A stretch of 63,670 nt of DNA, the filler included, from Octopus bimaculoides (lineage: Eukaryota), in NCBI RefSeq assembly GCF_001194135.2. It is 10 parts of 9 records of this genome, joined end to end, with 100 filler letters (N's around TTAATTAATTAA, not from the genome) between each part and the next. Parts side by side here need not be neighbours in the genome. Positions count along the whole stretch, not along the records: positions 1 to 13,372 come from NC_068986.1; positions 13,473 to 17,079 come from NC_068986.1; positions 17,180 to 18,990 come from NW_026422075.1; positions 19,091 to 24,408 come from NC_068983.1; positions 24,509 to 26,940 come from NW_026382566.1; 5 more parts are not named here. The stretch is one strand, 5' to 3'. This document shows, piece by piece, positions 11,731 to 24,945 of the stretch. The notes under the pieces were generated by a model. The model made no database searches and was not told where the DNA came from. It was given only the letters and a program-made list of their open reading frames with translations. A program made the translations under genes and the position numbers. Each line of letters starts with the position of its first letter. Within the stretch, counting starts at the first letter, position 1.

Positions 11731-13273
11731 CGACAAAAAAACAAAATCATTAAAAAAAAAACTTTATACAAACCACCAGATCTGTCTTAATTTGGTGGGG
11801 AGTAAAATTGTTTATAAAATTTGCAAGTACTTTTTTTAACATTAGAACAAGAAATTTTTCTTAACGCTTTAAATATATGTATACAAACACACAAATACGC
11901 ACGCGCATGCGCACACACACACACACACACACTCACACACACACACACACACACAAACACACATACATACACATTAGAAATATGTCTGTGCGTGCATGAT
12001 TACTTCATTCAAATATGTTCTTATTTTAGACGTGTTCTTTCCTTTCAAGGTTATCCATCTCTTAGTTTGTCAAAGAATTTGATGTTTTCGTGATAACGTT
12101 GTTATAGCTTCCTGTTTTCAAAGATAAAGCAAAATCCATCAGAACCACTTCAAAATTATTCCAAGAACTGGAGTTTGTTCTATTTGTTTCGTAGGAAACA
12201 CGAATTAGACTTACCTCCAGCATTGATAAAAAGAGGAAGCAAGGACCTGCTGATAAATAACAAAGCATAAACAATAAGAGTAAGTCAAATTATTGATAGG
12301 CGACACTCATCAGTACATCATAGCTAAGCTACAGACATTTTATACACTTACAGTACTTACATAGCAACAGGAGAGAGGAAACAGTAGGTAAATATTTCTC
12401 AAATTACACGCTACCGTCTTAAAACGAATCATTTGATAGCGTTTTCTGATGCATACCTTGGACAAAATCTCGTTGTTCTTACCTTAGGTCTACTCGATCA
12501 GAACAGATTTAGAGCAAAAGAAGAAGAACAACAACAACTACTACTACTACTATTACTACTACTACTACGCCGTGTTAAAATAATGTTTTTTTTATATATT
12601 TTTGTGGTATGTGTTCATTCAGTTTATGTCATGTTGAATGGTGGCTCACTGTGTTCGTCGAAAACATGCGCTGTTTCAATAAAACACTGCTTACCGCCAG
12701 AAAGACCAGCAACAAGATTGAAGAATTGGACGGTGTGGAAGTTCTGCCTATAGTCCAGACGTTGTGCCATCTGACTACGGTCTCTTCCGATCAATGCAGC
12801 ACTTTATGAAAGGTCACCGATTTGAGCCATTCGATGAAGCTGAAGAAGCTCGTCAAGAAGTCTTCGGATTCAAAGCCGAAGGATACTTTGCGACTCGGCA
12901 AAAACAGTGGAATAGAATAAGCAACAGGCTTTAAAAAAAAATAAGTACTAGGGTCGATTGGTCGACTAAAGTTCTTCAGGGCGGTGCCCCATCATGGCCG
13001 CAGTCAAATGATTGGAATGAGTAAAAAATAAAAGATATGTAGATATATTATGTTACCACTGGGTTACTCTGACCCTAGGTAGTAGGGTTCCTCAAGAATA
13101 TTAACACTATGTTGTTAGCCACATGGCTACTGCGACGATATGCGTCAGTCCTGGTGGGATCGTCACTAGTATACAATTTCATTCTTATATTAAGCAGTGT
13201 ATTAGAAATATCTCAGTATTAAATATCAACAACGAAATGTTATGACAGGTTGTCATTGTACACGAGATCTTTA

Positions 13274-13352
<79 letters not shown>

Positions 13353-13682
13353 TAGTTTTATTTTTATAACGTNNNNNNNNNNNNNNNNNNNNNNNNNNNN
13401 NNNNNNNNNNNNNNNNTTAATTAATTAANNNNNNNNNNNNNNNNNNNNNNNNNNNNNNNNNNNNNNNNNNNNAGAGAGTGAGAGGAGAGAGAGAAGGAAA
13501 GAGAGACAGAAAGACAGACAGATAGGGAGAGACAAGTATTCAAACGAACGCTACTGGGGCCTGCACACATTCACACCCACAAGGACAACACTCAACTGTA
13601 CGTACGTACGTATGTATGTATGTATGTATGTATGTATGTATGTTTGTAAGTACGTAGTACGTATGTATGTATGTATGTATGT

Positions 13683-14372
13683 CATTATTCAGTTTATTTC
13701 AATATTTCATGCCATTAGGGAAAGAACCGGTTTCTAATCTATATCCATGGCTCCTTCAATGGAATTTGAACATCAACAACAGGGTATTTTTGTTTGTGTG
13801 TATGTATGAATGTATGTATGTATGTATGTATGTATGCATGCATGCATGCATGCATGCATGCATGTATGTATGTATGTATGTATGTATGTATGTATGTATG
13901 TATGTATGCATGCATATATGTATGCATGTATGTATGTATGTATGTATGTATGTATGTATGTATGTGCAGATTTGTATGTTATATATATATACTCTCATTC
14001 ATATAGTTGCAAATCTAGACATGTTCAGATACATTTAAAAGCTAAACTTCTGGAAAGTTTTACAGATGTTTACAGTTCCAGTGATGGACTGGATCTGTAG
14101 TCTTCGAATGAGCTTTCTACTTTCTGGTCTTAAAAAGTCTAATTTCTCAAGATTGGTATTTAGGAAGAGTATTACATATCCCAGAGCCCCAATAGTTACC
14201 GGTATAAACCTGGACTTATAATCTGGATAGAATAACTGCAGATTTCTCAATAGTTCAGTGTAGGTCTTCTCTTTTTCACTAATGTTCAGCTTTATTTTAA
14301 CATCCTCTGGGCAGCTAATTTCCACAACAGTGCACAGTTTCTCTTCTCTATCCCAAATCATTATATCAGGTC
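13683..14372 (-). mobile_element. 5'-truncated R4/Dong-like LINE (REL endonuclease and 3' UTR) embedded in (TACA)n
   Basis: HNRPDIMIWDREEKLCTVVEISCPEDV...FIPVTIGALG...LQIQSITGTVNICKTFQKF. (TATG)n lies on both sides and inside the 3' UTR. Confidence 0.85.
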
Positions 14373-14487
14373 TGTTGTGTATGTATGTATGTATGTATGT
14401 ATGTATGTATGTATGTATGTTTGCGTAAGGGAGTGAGTACTTATGTTTATACGTACGTACGCTGTTAGCATTCGCATATGTGTCGTA

Positions 14488-15025
14488 TGACGACCGACGA
14501 AGCTGAAGCTAATTTGGAAAGATTGATAACTGTTAAGCACCGAAGAAAAATATGAACTGTGATGATAGGCAACAGTATTTTAAACAAGTGAAAATGAGGA
14601 AACAGACTAGAAAAGAAAACATCATTGAAGAGCAGAGATAAGATGTCCTATACGTACATATGTGTGAAAGAGACCAAGCAATTTATATATATATATATAC
14701 ATATACATACATAAGTGACAGCGTCATAGTAAATTCTGATTGCTAGCAAACCCATGGGAAATTCCATGTCCCATTTTATGGCATAGTCTCAGCTATAAAC
14801 ATCTTTTCATTAAGTAATAATATCCTGCTATTTCCTTCATAATCCTTTTATTAATTTCTGGGAAATCTTGTCTATGTTTTGGTCATGTTTTTTCTCTTCT
14901 GGTCTGTTACTGATTCTGACTTGTGCTAAATATTCTTGCCTCTTACCATCGTTCGCATTTCGTCTTCTTTCTTGATAAACAATTCTTATTCTTTACCCAT
15001 TAGCTTCAGCTTCGTCGTTCGTCAT
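14488..15025. repeat. Diverged inverted repeat pair (~140-bp arms)
   Basis: atgacgaccgacgaagctgaagctaat (near 14488) versus attagcttcagcttcgtcgttcgtcat (near 14998-15024). Weaker similarity continues inward. Confidence 0.7.
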
Positions 15026-15325
15026 AAACAAGCTCTGGCTCTATTTCTTACACTGACTTTAATCATTCACTCCTGAGCTAATGCTTCTTTGTCTTTCTTA
15101 TTTTTTCCTCTCTTTAATCCTAATTATTATTTCTTCACTTTGCTCTCTCTACCCAATATTTTTTCCTGTATCTCTCCTGCCCGACTCGAGTTAATTCTCC
15201 ATTTCGTGCTCTATGATCGTTGTCCAACGTAACACGCCAAACGTCATTTCGGTAATAAAATAATTTAAAAGTACTTGCTTGACAACATACAGTTGTTAAA
15301 ACCCTTATGCAGGATATAACGTTAT

Positions 15326-15394
15326 GCATCTTTTATGAAGTTAGGCATCTTTTATGAAGTTAGGCATCTTTTATGAAGTTAGGCATCTTTTATG
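15326..15394. repeat. 19-bp minisatellite (GCATCTTTTATGAAGTTAG) x3.6
   Basis: Perfect head-to-tail copies with no spacers. Confidence 0.95.
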
Positions 15395-16455
15395 GTTTTT
15401 AATATCAAAGTTGGTTAGAATTCTGTCTCCGAGTGCTCACATACACATAAACAAATATACGAAATCTGATAGCGTGCACGCACATATTCCTACACTCTTA
15501 CACTTTCTCTCATTGTTAATTGTCGTCTCTGTGTATGTCTGTGTCCGCAAGTCAGTTTTTATGTGTGTATGTGTGTACGTGTAATTGAAGTTCGTATGTG
15601 TGTACGTGTCGTTGAAGTTCTTATGTGTGTATGTGTCACTGACGTTCGTCTGAATCTCTTTCCCTTATTCTCGCAATAATACACCCACTTGTACCGTCTC
15701 CTGTCTACATCGTGGAAAATGTTTTACACCACTGGAATCTATCATTAACACTTGTATATGATAGACATATGCACTGTGGTGACTCGGTAGGTTTCAGATT
15801 ACCTATGCGATAGCCTATAGAATAAATGGTAAGTTATAGAAAAGTTTTCTTTAGTCCTAAGGCTAACTCATAAGACTAGTTACCCGATTCCCATGGCGTC
15901 GGTCTGTTGCAGGCTTCAGGTCCAAGATTTTTGAGGGTAGAGGACAGACAATTACACCGACCCCAGTACTTGATCGGCAAAACTGACCTCTGCGAGAATT
16001 TAACCCAGAACAAAAAAGCCAGATAAAATACCCTTGAGCATACAGTTCGACGTATGCTCAATTCGCAATTCTGCAAACTCGCTGCCTTTTTATATTTCCA
16101 TACATCAAATTAATTATAAAGTTCATATAATCAAATGAGCCGAAATTTGCTATGTTCTACGATACATCTCATGAAAGTTCAGGGACACATAATGAGTGAT
16201 AATTCTGGAATCTTGGAGGGTTTCAGATATTTTCACATAAACCCCCTGGTTCAGTCGCCTTAGCGGTGATGAATCAAGTCTCAGCTTGTTTGCATCCTAA
16301 TAGTAGCAAACCACAGGTATGACCTCTTTATCCATTGCCAACATTTAGCCTTTTCCGCAGGTTTTCCTCCTTTTTGTTAACCGCATTAACTTCTACCGAA
16401 ATCCTTCACATTCGAATGCGGAAACAAATAAGTGAAATATTTGTTAATTAATAGA

Positions 16456-16488
<33 letters not shown>

Positions 16489-17494
16489 TGTATGTATGTA
16501 TGTATGTATGTATGTATGTATATGTATATATATGTATGTATATGTGTGTGTGTATATATATATATACATATACGCAATTACAAAATTCACACACACGCAC
16601 CTATATATATATAAATATACATATACACATACATAACAGCTTTGTGTACTCATCCATCGCAGGAAAGTGGAATTAAACAAGAAAAGGAATGTTTATTGTC
16701 ATAAATAATCTTTAAATGTTCCAAGTCTGAAATATTTCAGACGTTTTAGCGCCATCAATAAGGGATAAATTAATTTAAAGAGATGAATATGACAGTTCCA
16801 AAGATCGCTTAGTCTTTCTTTATTCCTTGCTTTCTTCCTTAAATAATTATGTATTATCGCAAACTTTTCCATGGCGTATGCAATCAATAAATTATAAATA
16901 TGTTCAACATTACAACCACGAAACATTTAGAGCCGAAATATACACAGGAAAGAGAAACGAAACATAAAAAATAAAATGAAGAAATACAAACGCTACAGTA
17001 AGACCGAAGAAGCAAAGATATGCGTATAAAAACGAACAACACTGTCATACACGCTAATCAACAGAAGTAAATATATATANNNNNNNNNNNNNNNNNNNNN
17101 NNNNNNNNNNNNNNNNNNNNNNNTTAATTAATTAANNNNNNNNNNNNNNNNNNNNNNNNNNNNNNNNNNNNNNNNNNNNGAAAGCGGACATTAAACGATG
17201 ATGATGATGATGATGATGATGATGAATAATAATCACAACAAGAGCACTCAGAGAGCACAAACCTCCACAAAGGCAACACCAACATCCACTCAATGATTAG
17301 CTAGAGATGATTTTAAAAATGAGAATACAAACAAGAATACTAAAGATGAACCCGACCACTCTCAAAAATTAAGTAAATAAAAAAAAACAGGAATAATAAT
17401 CTAGAATCCTTGTCTGGTACTGGATCGATCCCAAAATCTAATCAGTTTGTGCCAGTCATGAGGTCACACATCTCTGAAAGTTTCATCTAAACAA

Positions 17495-17990
17495 ACCCCA
17501 GAAGGAGTCACTGAAAATGAGAACTGCAAAATCCTGTGCGATGTAATGATCCAGTGTGATCACCTAACCAGACATAGGAAACCGGACATTGTTGTGGTGA
17601 ATAAAAAAGAAAGAACATGTATGATAATCGACATAGCATGCCCTGGTGACAATATGAACAATGTGAAAGAAGAAGAAAAAATAAACAACTACAACAATTT
17701 AAAGTGGGAAATACGAAGGTTGTGGTCAATGAAAAGAGTAGATGTGATAACAATAATAATTGGTGCACTTGGAAGTATTAGCATTCAACTACCAGCTTGG
17801 CTGAAAAAGATCAGTGTAAGTGTGAAGGTAGAACACCCACAAAAATCAATATCACTTGGAACTGCAAGAATTCTTTGCATGGTTTTGAAGCATGATCAGT
17901 AAACAAGTGTCACCTTAGTCTGCTGGCTGTGAACAGCTGACACTTTCCATCATACCCAGCAAAATAAGTTGTAAGTTTTCATAATAATAA
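17495..17990 (+). mobile_element. R4/Dong-like LINE 3' fragment (REL endonuclease)
   Basis: PEGVTENENCKILCDVMIQCDHLTRHRKPDIVVVNKKERTCMIIDIACPGD...EEKINNYNNLKWEIRRLW...IIIGALG...LGTARIL, ending in (TAA)n. Confidence 0.85.
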
Positions 17991-19259
17991 TAATATTGTA
18001 TATTGGCATTAGGCCACACATTTTACAGTGAAGGATGTATGCAATTAAATGGAATATCTAAGAATGAAAAGTGGAGTTGCTGACATCAGTATCTGAACCC
18101 AGGAAATATATTGCCTGTGTATTTCAATTATATTTGAAAATATTCAAATATCTGATGGATTTTATCAAACAGCTAAGTGTTCAGAATATATGAAAAATTT
18201 TTATTTAAAATTATTAAGGACAGTTAACCCTAGTACTAGGGTAAGATTTGGTATCATCCTTCTCCCACCCGCTTGTCTCTTTCTTACCTTTTTAGGAATA
18301 TGAAATTACTAGGAGGAGTAGATTCCTACAGCCCCTTCGCTCCTGCCCCTTTTAGTTACCTCTCACACCACGCAGGGAATGCAGCAACTACATTCTACCA
18401 ATTCCCTCCCCACCCCAGTCGCAGTGGGGTTTGCTAGTTAACCCATAGCTGGGACCCATACAGGTGCTACCACTCTAGGCCAGAGTAGACCTGAGAACAA
18501 TAGTCACTAAGAAGTGGTTCCACACTCCTCAAACCTAGGGTCCCACTACCAGATGTAGTTTATAGTCATATCCAGGATAGGAAAGCTTGGAGAGTGTTTG
18601 TGGATGGATGAGTGAATTTGATGTTGCTCAAAGGGGTACAGAACCAGTATCATGCGGCAGGGGTAAACCAGCATATGCTGTCAGGCCCCACTGCTGATAT
18701 TGGGATTTGCATTCTATGTCTTGACCCGAGCATAGAACAGAGCTCGCCTCTTTGAACTGAGGAATCAATGGAAGGCCTGGTGTGTGTCTTTTTGTGGCTA
18801 TCCCCCACTAAAAAAATGGGTAATAGGCCAGGATATATAAAAAAAAATAAAGAACAGTTTTACTTTCAATATAAATATTTAAAACTGATCGCTTTTCAGA
18901 GACAGTTTCAGCTTAGAAATACTCACACATATATGTATATATCTATGGGTATATATGAGTATATATATGTAAGCAAATACACACACATATNNNNNNNNNN
19001 NNNNNNNNNNNNNNNNNNNNNNNNNNNNNNNNNNTTAATTAATTAANNNNNNNNNNNNNNNNNNNNNNNNNNNNNNNNNNNNNNNNNNNNTATATATATG
19101 TATGTATATATACATATGTACATATACATACTTACATACAAAGTATGTGTTGGAGAATTTTCTGATGCAGTTAATATGACTTTGCTTCACAGATCTCTAA
19201 AATTTCATGTTATTCCATACACAAACAAAAGGAATGATATAATAGTTTTATCTCTATAC

Positions 19260-19375
19260 CTGTTTTGGATGAACAATAACTGGTGCCATAACCATAAATA
19301 TTATGGGAGAAAGTCCCGTAATATGGGACTTTATTACAGGTTGTGATACAACCAGTAATTCTGCCCTTATGGAAA
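19260..19375 (-). CDS. Candidate exon (FHKGRITGCITTCNKVPYYGTFSHNIYGYGTSYCSSKT, or an alternative open frame)
   Basis: Donor CAG|gtatag at 19259. Two frames are open, and the acceptor (AAG) is weak. Confidence 0.2.
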
Positions 19376-19552
19376 CTTGAATTTGAACAGCTTTAAAAGC
19401 TGTTAAATCAACAGACATTTTTTAAACCACACCACCACTTGTATTACCTTATTTCTTTTTGACCTTACATTTTATTGATCTCAACATACTTGCAATTATG
19501 TTCCTGCTTTCAAATTGGCATTCTTCATCTTAATACTAACTTTAATGAAACA

Positions 19553-19970
19553 AGGCGCAGGAGTGGCTGTGTGGTAAGTAGCTTGCTTACCAACCACATG
19601 GTTCCGGGTTCAGTCCCACTGCGTGGCAACTTGGGCAAGTGTCTTCTACTATAGCCTCGGGCTGATCAAAGCCTTGTGAGTGGATTTGGTAGATGGAAAC
19701 TGAAAGAAGCCCGTCATATATATGTATATATATATATGTGTGTGTGTGTTTGCGTGTCTGTGTTTGTCCCCCCACCATTGCTTAACAACCGATGGTGGTG
19801 TGTTTACGTCCCCCGTAACTTAGCGGTTCGGCAAAAAGAGACCGATAGAATAAGTACTAGGCTTCCAAAGAATAAGTCCTGGGGTCGATTTGCTCGACTA
19901 AAGGCGGTGCTCCAGCATGGCCGCAGTCAAATGACTGAAACAAGTAAAAGAGTAAAGAGTAAAAGAACAA
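19553..19970 (+). mobile_element. Full-length tRNA-derived SINE
   Basis: Head ggcgcaggagtggctgtgtggtaag...ggttcagtccc, body ttgggcaagtgtcttctactatagcc, internal (TA)/(TG) tract, tail ggtgctccagcatggccgcagtcaaatgactgaaacaagt followed by (aaagagt)n. Confidence 0.9.
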
Positions 19971-20076
19971 TACTTTTTTCCACTTCATCCTTCCACTTCT
20001 TACATTTTCTCACTTTTTTACTGTATTCAGTGTAATACGACAATTACTTTTTGCTTACACCAAGCATCCTATTTAC

Positions 20077-20284
20077 CTTGTTCTACTGTTTTGGTATTTG
20101 GTGTGGCTTTCTTATTTGTCACTGCTGTTGTTGAATGAACTACAAATGCATCGGATATATTACCCCGAGAAAGACAAGAAAGAGACATCCAGGCAGAAGT
20201 TAGAGCAACAGTGATTAAAATCAGTTGTAAAGGGATTACACAACACATTAAATATAATTTACAAATTAATGTTTTAAAAAGCAT
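20077..20284 (-). CDS. Candidate first coding exon with signal/anchor-like hydrophobic stretch (MLFKTLICKLYLMCCVIPLQLILITVALTSAWMSLSC...TVEQ)
   Basis: ATG at 20284, 69 open codons, donor AAG|gtaaat at 20076 (phase 1). Not recognised by homology. Confidence 0.35.
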
Positions 20285-20749
20285 TGGCAGTTATAGAGGA
20301 AGATCTGGATGTCTTTGCTGATAATGATCTCAATTGTGGATGTAACATAAACTTACAAGATAAGTTAATAAGTTCATTTCTTATACCAAGCTGTAGAAAG
20401 AGATGGGGGTACAGCAACTGTTGAACAACTCTCTAACAGAGGTTGTTGATGATTTACATGGATAAAAATAGTCCCTCTTTTCCCCTTTTAGCACTTTGTG
20501 GTAAGTACATCCGATATATATGATATTACTGTATTCGTGTCTTTTCTCTAATGTTTTTCTCAAAGATTTTCATGTATACATACTGTACTTTGTGCTTACA
20601 ATTTTTTTTATATTCGTGTCTAAAAACGGAACACTTCTCCATTTATAATACGAAAATCAATGGGAGAATAGATTTCAAATTACAGCAATATTTCCAAGAA
20701 TGCGGAATTCCCTAACACATAAGATGCCAGTGTGACTGCATGTGTATAT

Positions 20750-20900
20750 CATCATCATCATCATCATCATTATTTTATGTCTGCTTTCCATGCTTGCATG
20801 GGTTAAATGGTTTGACTAGAACTGGTAGACTGGAGAGCTGCACCAGGTTCCAATCTGATTTGGCATGGTTTCTACAGCTGGATGCCCTTGCTAACACCAA
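20750..20900 (-). mobile_element. RTE LINE 3' tail fragment
   Basis: (CAT)n followed by tgtctgctttccatgcttgcatggg...ctacagctggatgccctt, the same tail as 35272-35420. Confidence 0.8.
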
Positions 20901-21103
20901 ATATCTCAGTTATGCATGTATGTAATGTGTGTGTGTGTCTGTATGTATGCATGTGTGTGTATGTATGTATGTGTGTGTGTATGTATGTGTGTATGTATGT
21001 ATGTAGTGGCTATAAGGTTAAAGCACTGGTAACTGAAACTGGTCAAAAGTTTAAAATAGAAGTTGTTGAAGTTGTGAATACTAAATACTTGGGGCCAATG
21101 AGA

Positions 21104-21788
21104 TTATTCTTTGGGGTCAATATATAGCTTAGAATCAAAAGGTGGAGATGGATTAATCTTTTTGTAGTCAAAAGCCAATATCCATCTAAGAAATAAAAAA
21201 TACACAAAATAATGCAATAAATTAGCTGATAAACATTTCTGATTTATATGTATTTAGTTGGTATGCTTTATGCAACATGTCTTCGCATGAGTGAATTTCT
21301 GTAATTAATATTGGTTTCCACGTGGCTGAATTGACTAAGATTTTCTTTACTGATAAATACTAATTTTTTTTTATTTTGACACATGATAAATTAACTATAT
21401 TAATCATCGTTAGCATTGTACTCCTGTTACATATTTAAAATATTTTGCCTTGGTTTCAGTTTCAAATATGTAACAAAAATCTTGGTTGTGGTAATGCTAA
21501 GTTAAATATCCCAGTTATGTCATTTTCTGTGTTACACCAACATGCTGGGCTGAAATAATCTAAAAACATCTATTGAATGCTTAACACCTATAGCTATCAG
21601 AGACAAAGAGTGCCTGCGAATTGAGCAAAATTTATGATAAGCAGAATGGCAGCTAATAGCATGAATTGCACATGATATTTACAGGTGTGTTTGAAAATTG
21701 GATTTGTACCTTTGTAAATCGTATAACAATGCCCATGTATCTGCTAAGTAAAAGCAAAAACCAACTTTCCGTAGTGATGCCATAAAGC
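21104..21788 (-). CDS. Two candidate exons (21710-21788 and 21104-21185)
   Basis: Strong acceptors ttcatttttgcag and ttttttatttcttag; donor AAG|gtacaa. In-phase join: FMASLRKVGFCFYLADTWALLYDLQ-R-WILAFDYKKINPSPPFDSKLYIDPKE*. Product not recognised. Confidence 0.35.
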
Positions 21789-21834
21789 CTGCAAAAATGA
21801 AATCTTGAAAGAATTTGCTCTAATACGAAAAATG

Positions 21835-22233
21835 AAGATTCTTTTATTCTTTTACTTGTTTCAGTCATTTGACTGTAGCCATGCTGGAGCACCGCCTTTA
21901 GTCAAGCAAATCAACCCCAGGACTTATTCTTTGTAAGCCTAGTACTTATTATATCGGTCTCTTTTTGCCGAACCGCTAAGTTATGGGGACGTAAACACAC
22001 CAGCATCGGTTGTCAAGCGATGTTGGGGGGGACAAACACAGACACACAAACATATACACACACATATACATATATACGATGGGCTTCTTTCAGTTTCCGT
22101 CTACCAAATCCACTCACAAGGCTTTGGTCGGCCCAAGGCTATAATAGAAGACACTTGCCCAAGGTTCCACGCAGTGGGACTGAACCCAGAACCATGTGGT
22201 TCGTAAGCAAGCTACTTATCACACAGCCACTCC
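21835..22233 (-). mobile_element. Full-length tRNA-derived SINE
   Basis: Reverse complement closely matches 19553-19970 from head to tail. Confidence 0.9.
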
Positions 22234-23504
22234 TAAGATATCTTTATCCTTTATTTGTTTTAGTCACTCAAGTGTGACAATGCTGAGGCACCACCTAGAA
22301 GGGTTGTAACCCCTAGTTATAAATAGATTATGTAAACTGTAATTTCAATATACAAAACACCTTAAGGCAGAAAGCTGGCAGAATCGTTTCAGCACCAAGA
22401 AAACTGCTTAGCACCATTTGTCCATCTTTGTGTTATGAGTTGAAATTCTACCAAGGCTGACTTTGCCTTTCATTCTTTCAGGGTTGATAAAATAAGTACC
22501 AGTTAAATACTGGGGTCAATGTAATCAACTAACCACCTCACCTCAAAATTGCTGGTCTTGTGGTGAAATTTGAGACCAATATACAAAACAGTTTATAGAT
22601 CATAAGTAACACAGTGGCCTGCCCTGTATGGCAAAAGTGTTATGAGTACCACAGGATTAATTGAAGAAACACAATGTTCCCTTCTGGACTATTACAACAG
22701 TGGCTACTGCTGGTTCACCAGCAATGATTGGCTGTTGCTGAGAATTTTCTGACATACTCATAGAAAATAGTTTTTTAATGCATACATTGACAATTCTATA
22801 TTACATAGTTGCCATCTAGCATCCAAAAAGAAAAAAGAGAAAAACACTCAGTGGCAAAGTGTAGGATGCCTAAAAAGTGTATATCTGGTGTACAAGTGTA
22901 CATCAGGCCAACCAATAAATTACTTTTTTATAAATTATTTTTTATTAATTGATTGTTTGTAGTGTTAATAAAAAAGAATAACACTTATAACCAATTACTG
23001 TATTTGCCAGTGTTTTTTTTTCTTTAATAAAAAAAACTTGCCTTGCCTCTAATGTAGCCATAATGTAGATGAAAGACCAAGTGTCGTTGACTGGATGAGC
23101 ATAAGTCTGCTAAGCACAATAATTGAAAATTAAGCAAGCTATCACACACTGTTAACACAAACTAATGAATTATTACTTATAGTTTATCAGCTGTTAAGTG
23201 TGGAAGTTACAAAATCTCGTTATACCTCCTTCCCCAATATACATAACACACACCTGATATATGTCTTACACTATTTAATGACTGTGTTACATTTACGAAA
23301 CATTCTTTAATTAGCTAAATAAAAAAAAAAACTCTTTTAAAAAGATGAATGGAATGTTAATAAACATTCATCCTCTAGTCAGCTATTTTTAACAAGTGGA
23401 TATCTACAAAATCTTAGCAGTAGTGTGCCACCCTGGTTACATAAAGCGTCACAGCCAAAAAGGCAAGTTTTACATTCTGTATGGCAATCCTCTTGACTAA
23501 AATC

Positions 23505-23865
23505 ATCATCATCATCATTTAACGTCTGCTTTCCATGCTAGCATGGGTTGGACAATTTGACTGGGGACTGGCGAACCAGATGGTTACACCAGGCTCCAAT
23601 CTGATCTAGCAGAGTTTCTACAGCTGGATGCCCTTCCTAACGCCAACCACTCTGAGAGTGTAGTGGGTGCTTTTTATGTGCCATCGGCACGAAGGCCAGT
23701 CTGGCGGTACTGGCAACAGCCATGCTCGAATGGTGTCTTTTTACGTGCCACCTGCACAGGAGTCAGTCCAATGTTTTGTTCACATGCCACCAGCACAAGT
23801 GCCAGTAAGGCGAAGCTGCAAACGATCGCACTCAAATGGTGCTTTTTACGTGCCACAGTGTACAT
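23505..23865 (-). mobile_element. RTE LINE 3' UTR fragment
   Basis: (CAT)n tttaacgtctgctttccatgctagcatggg..., homologous to 35272-35600. Confidence 0.85.
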
Positions 23866-24531
23866 GGGACTACATTATCCAATTTGCCTTTTAAACACAG
23901 TGTTTCTTGGACTACATTTTCCAATGTGTCTTTCAGACTTAGTATATATCAGTTTATATTATTCAAGACTTGCTTCAGAATCCTTCAATCACAGTACATC
24001 TACAACTATATTATTGTCCTTCAGCCAAAGTATATTGAGAACTACAATACAACAATGTGCAATATCTTTCATTGAGACAGTAGGGTGGAATTCGAATGAA
24101 ATTTTGTTGCAGTTATGAACAGCCAAAATAGCACAGTTGGGAGAACATTAGTCTAAAGAAATAAAGGTCCCTAGGATCCTAGGATTCAGCATCTGATGAC
24201 TGGCACATTTTTTATAGGTACAAGGCATGGCTATGTAGTAACTAGTTTACTTCCCAAACATATGGTTGTGCTTTCAGTCCTGCTGCACAGAAACTTGGGT
24301 AAAATTCTTCTTCTATAGTCCCAAGCCAATCAAAGTCTTTTGAGTGGATCTGGTGGGCAGAAAGTGAAAGGAGCCCATCATATACAGATATATATATATA
24401 TATATATANNNNNNNNNNNNNNNNNNNNNNNNNNNNNNNNNNNNNNNNNNNNTTAATTAATTAANNNNNNNNNNNNNNNNNNNNNNNNNNNNNNNNNNNN
24501 NNNNNNNNTATCATTATTATTATTATTATTA

Positions 24532-24583
<52 letters not shown>

Positions 24584-24607
24584 CAATCATCATCGTTATC
24601 ATTATTA

Positions 24608-24642
<35 letters not shown>

Positions 24643-24876
24643 GATGCCCCGTCTTATCCTGAGTTCATTCATTTCTAAATGTCTTGTGGTATTCATTCAC
24701 CAGTATTAGTCACTCGAACCCAATACCATCATTTCAAATACATCACCATCTCCTACACCACCGCCGCCACCACCACCACCACGATCACGAACACCTCCAC
24801 CATCACCATCACCATCACCATCAACTACAACAGATGACTAAATACTCCGGTGCATTTTCCATGTACACTGCGTGAA

Positions 24877-24945
<69 letters not shown>

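Noticed and set aside
13417-13428. TTAATTAATTAA islands inside N-runs (also 17124, 19035, 24453, 26985, 46405, 54695, 57256, 60998)
   Set aside because: An identical six-frame-stop palindrome centred in fixed-length N padding is an assembly spacer, not biology.
15326-15394. CRISPR-like direct repeats
   Set aside because: No spacers and a eukaryotic context; simple minisatellite.
22655-22760. Short minus-strand ORF MSENSQQQPIIAGEPAVATVVIVQKG
   Set aside because: Only 32 codons, an ambiguous donor and no recognisable family.
24684-24875. His-rich ORF
   Set aside because: Degenerate (CAC/CAT)n between other triplet repeats, with no splice or homology support.
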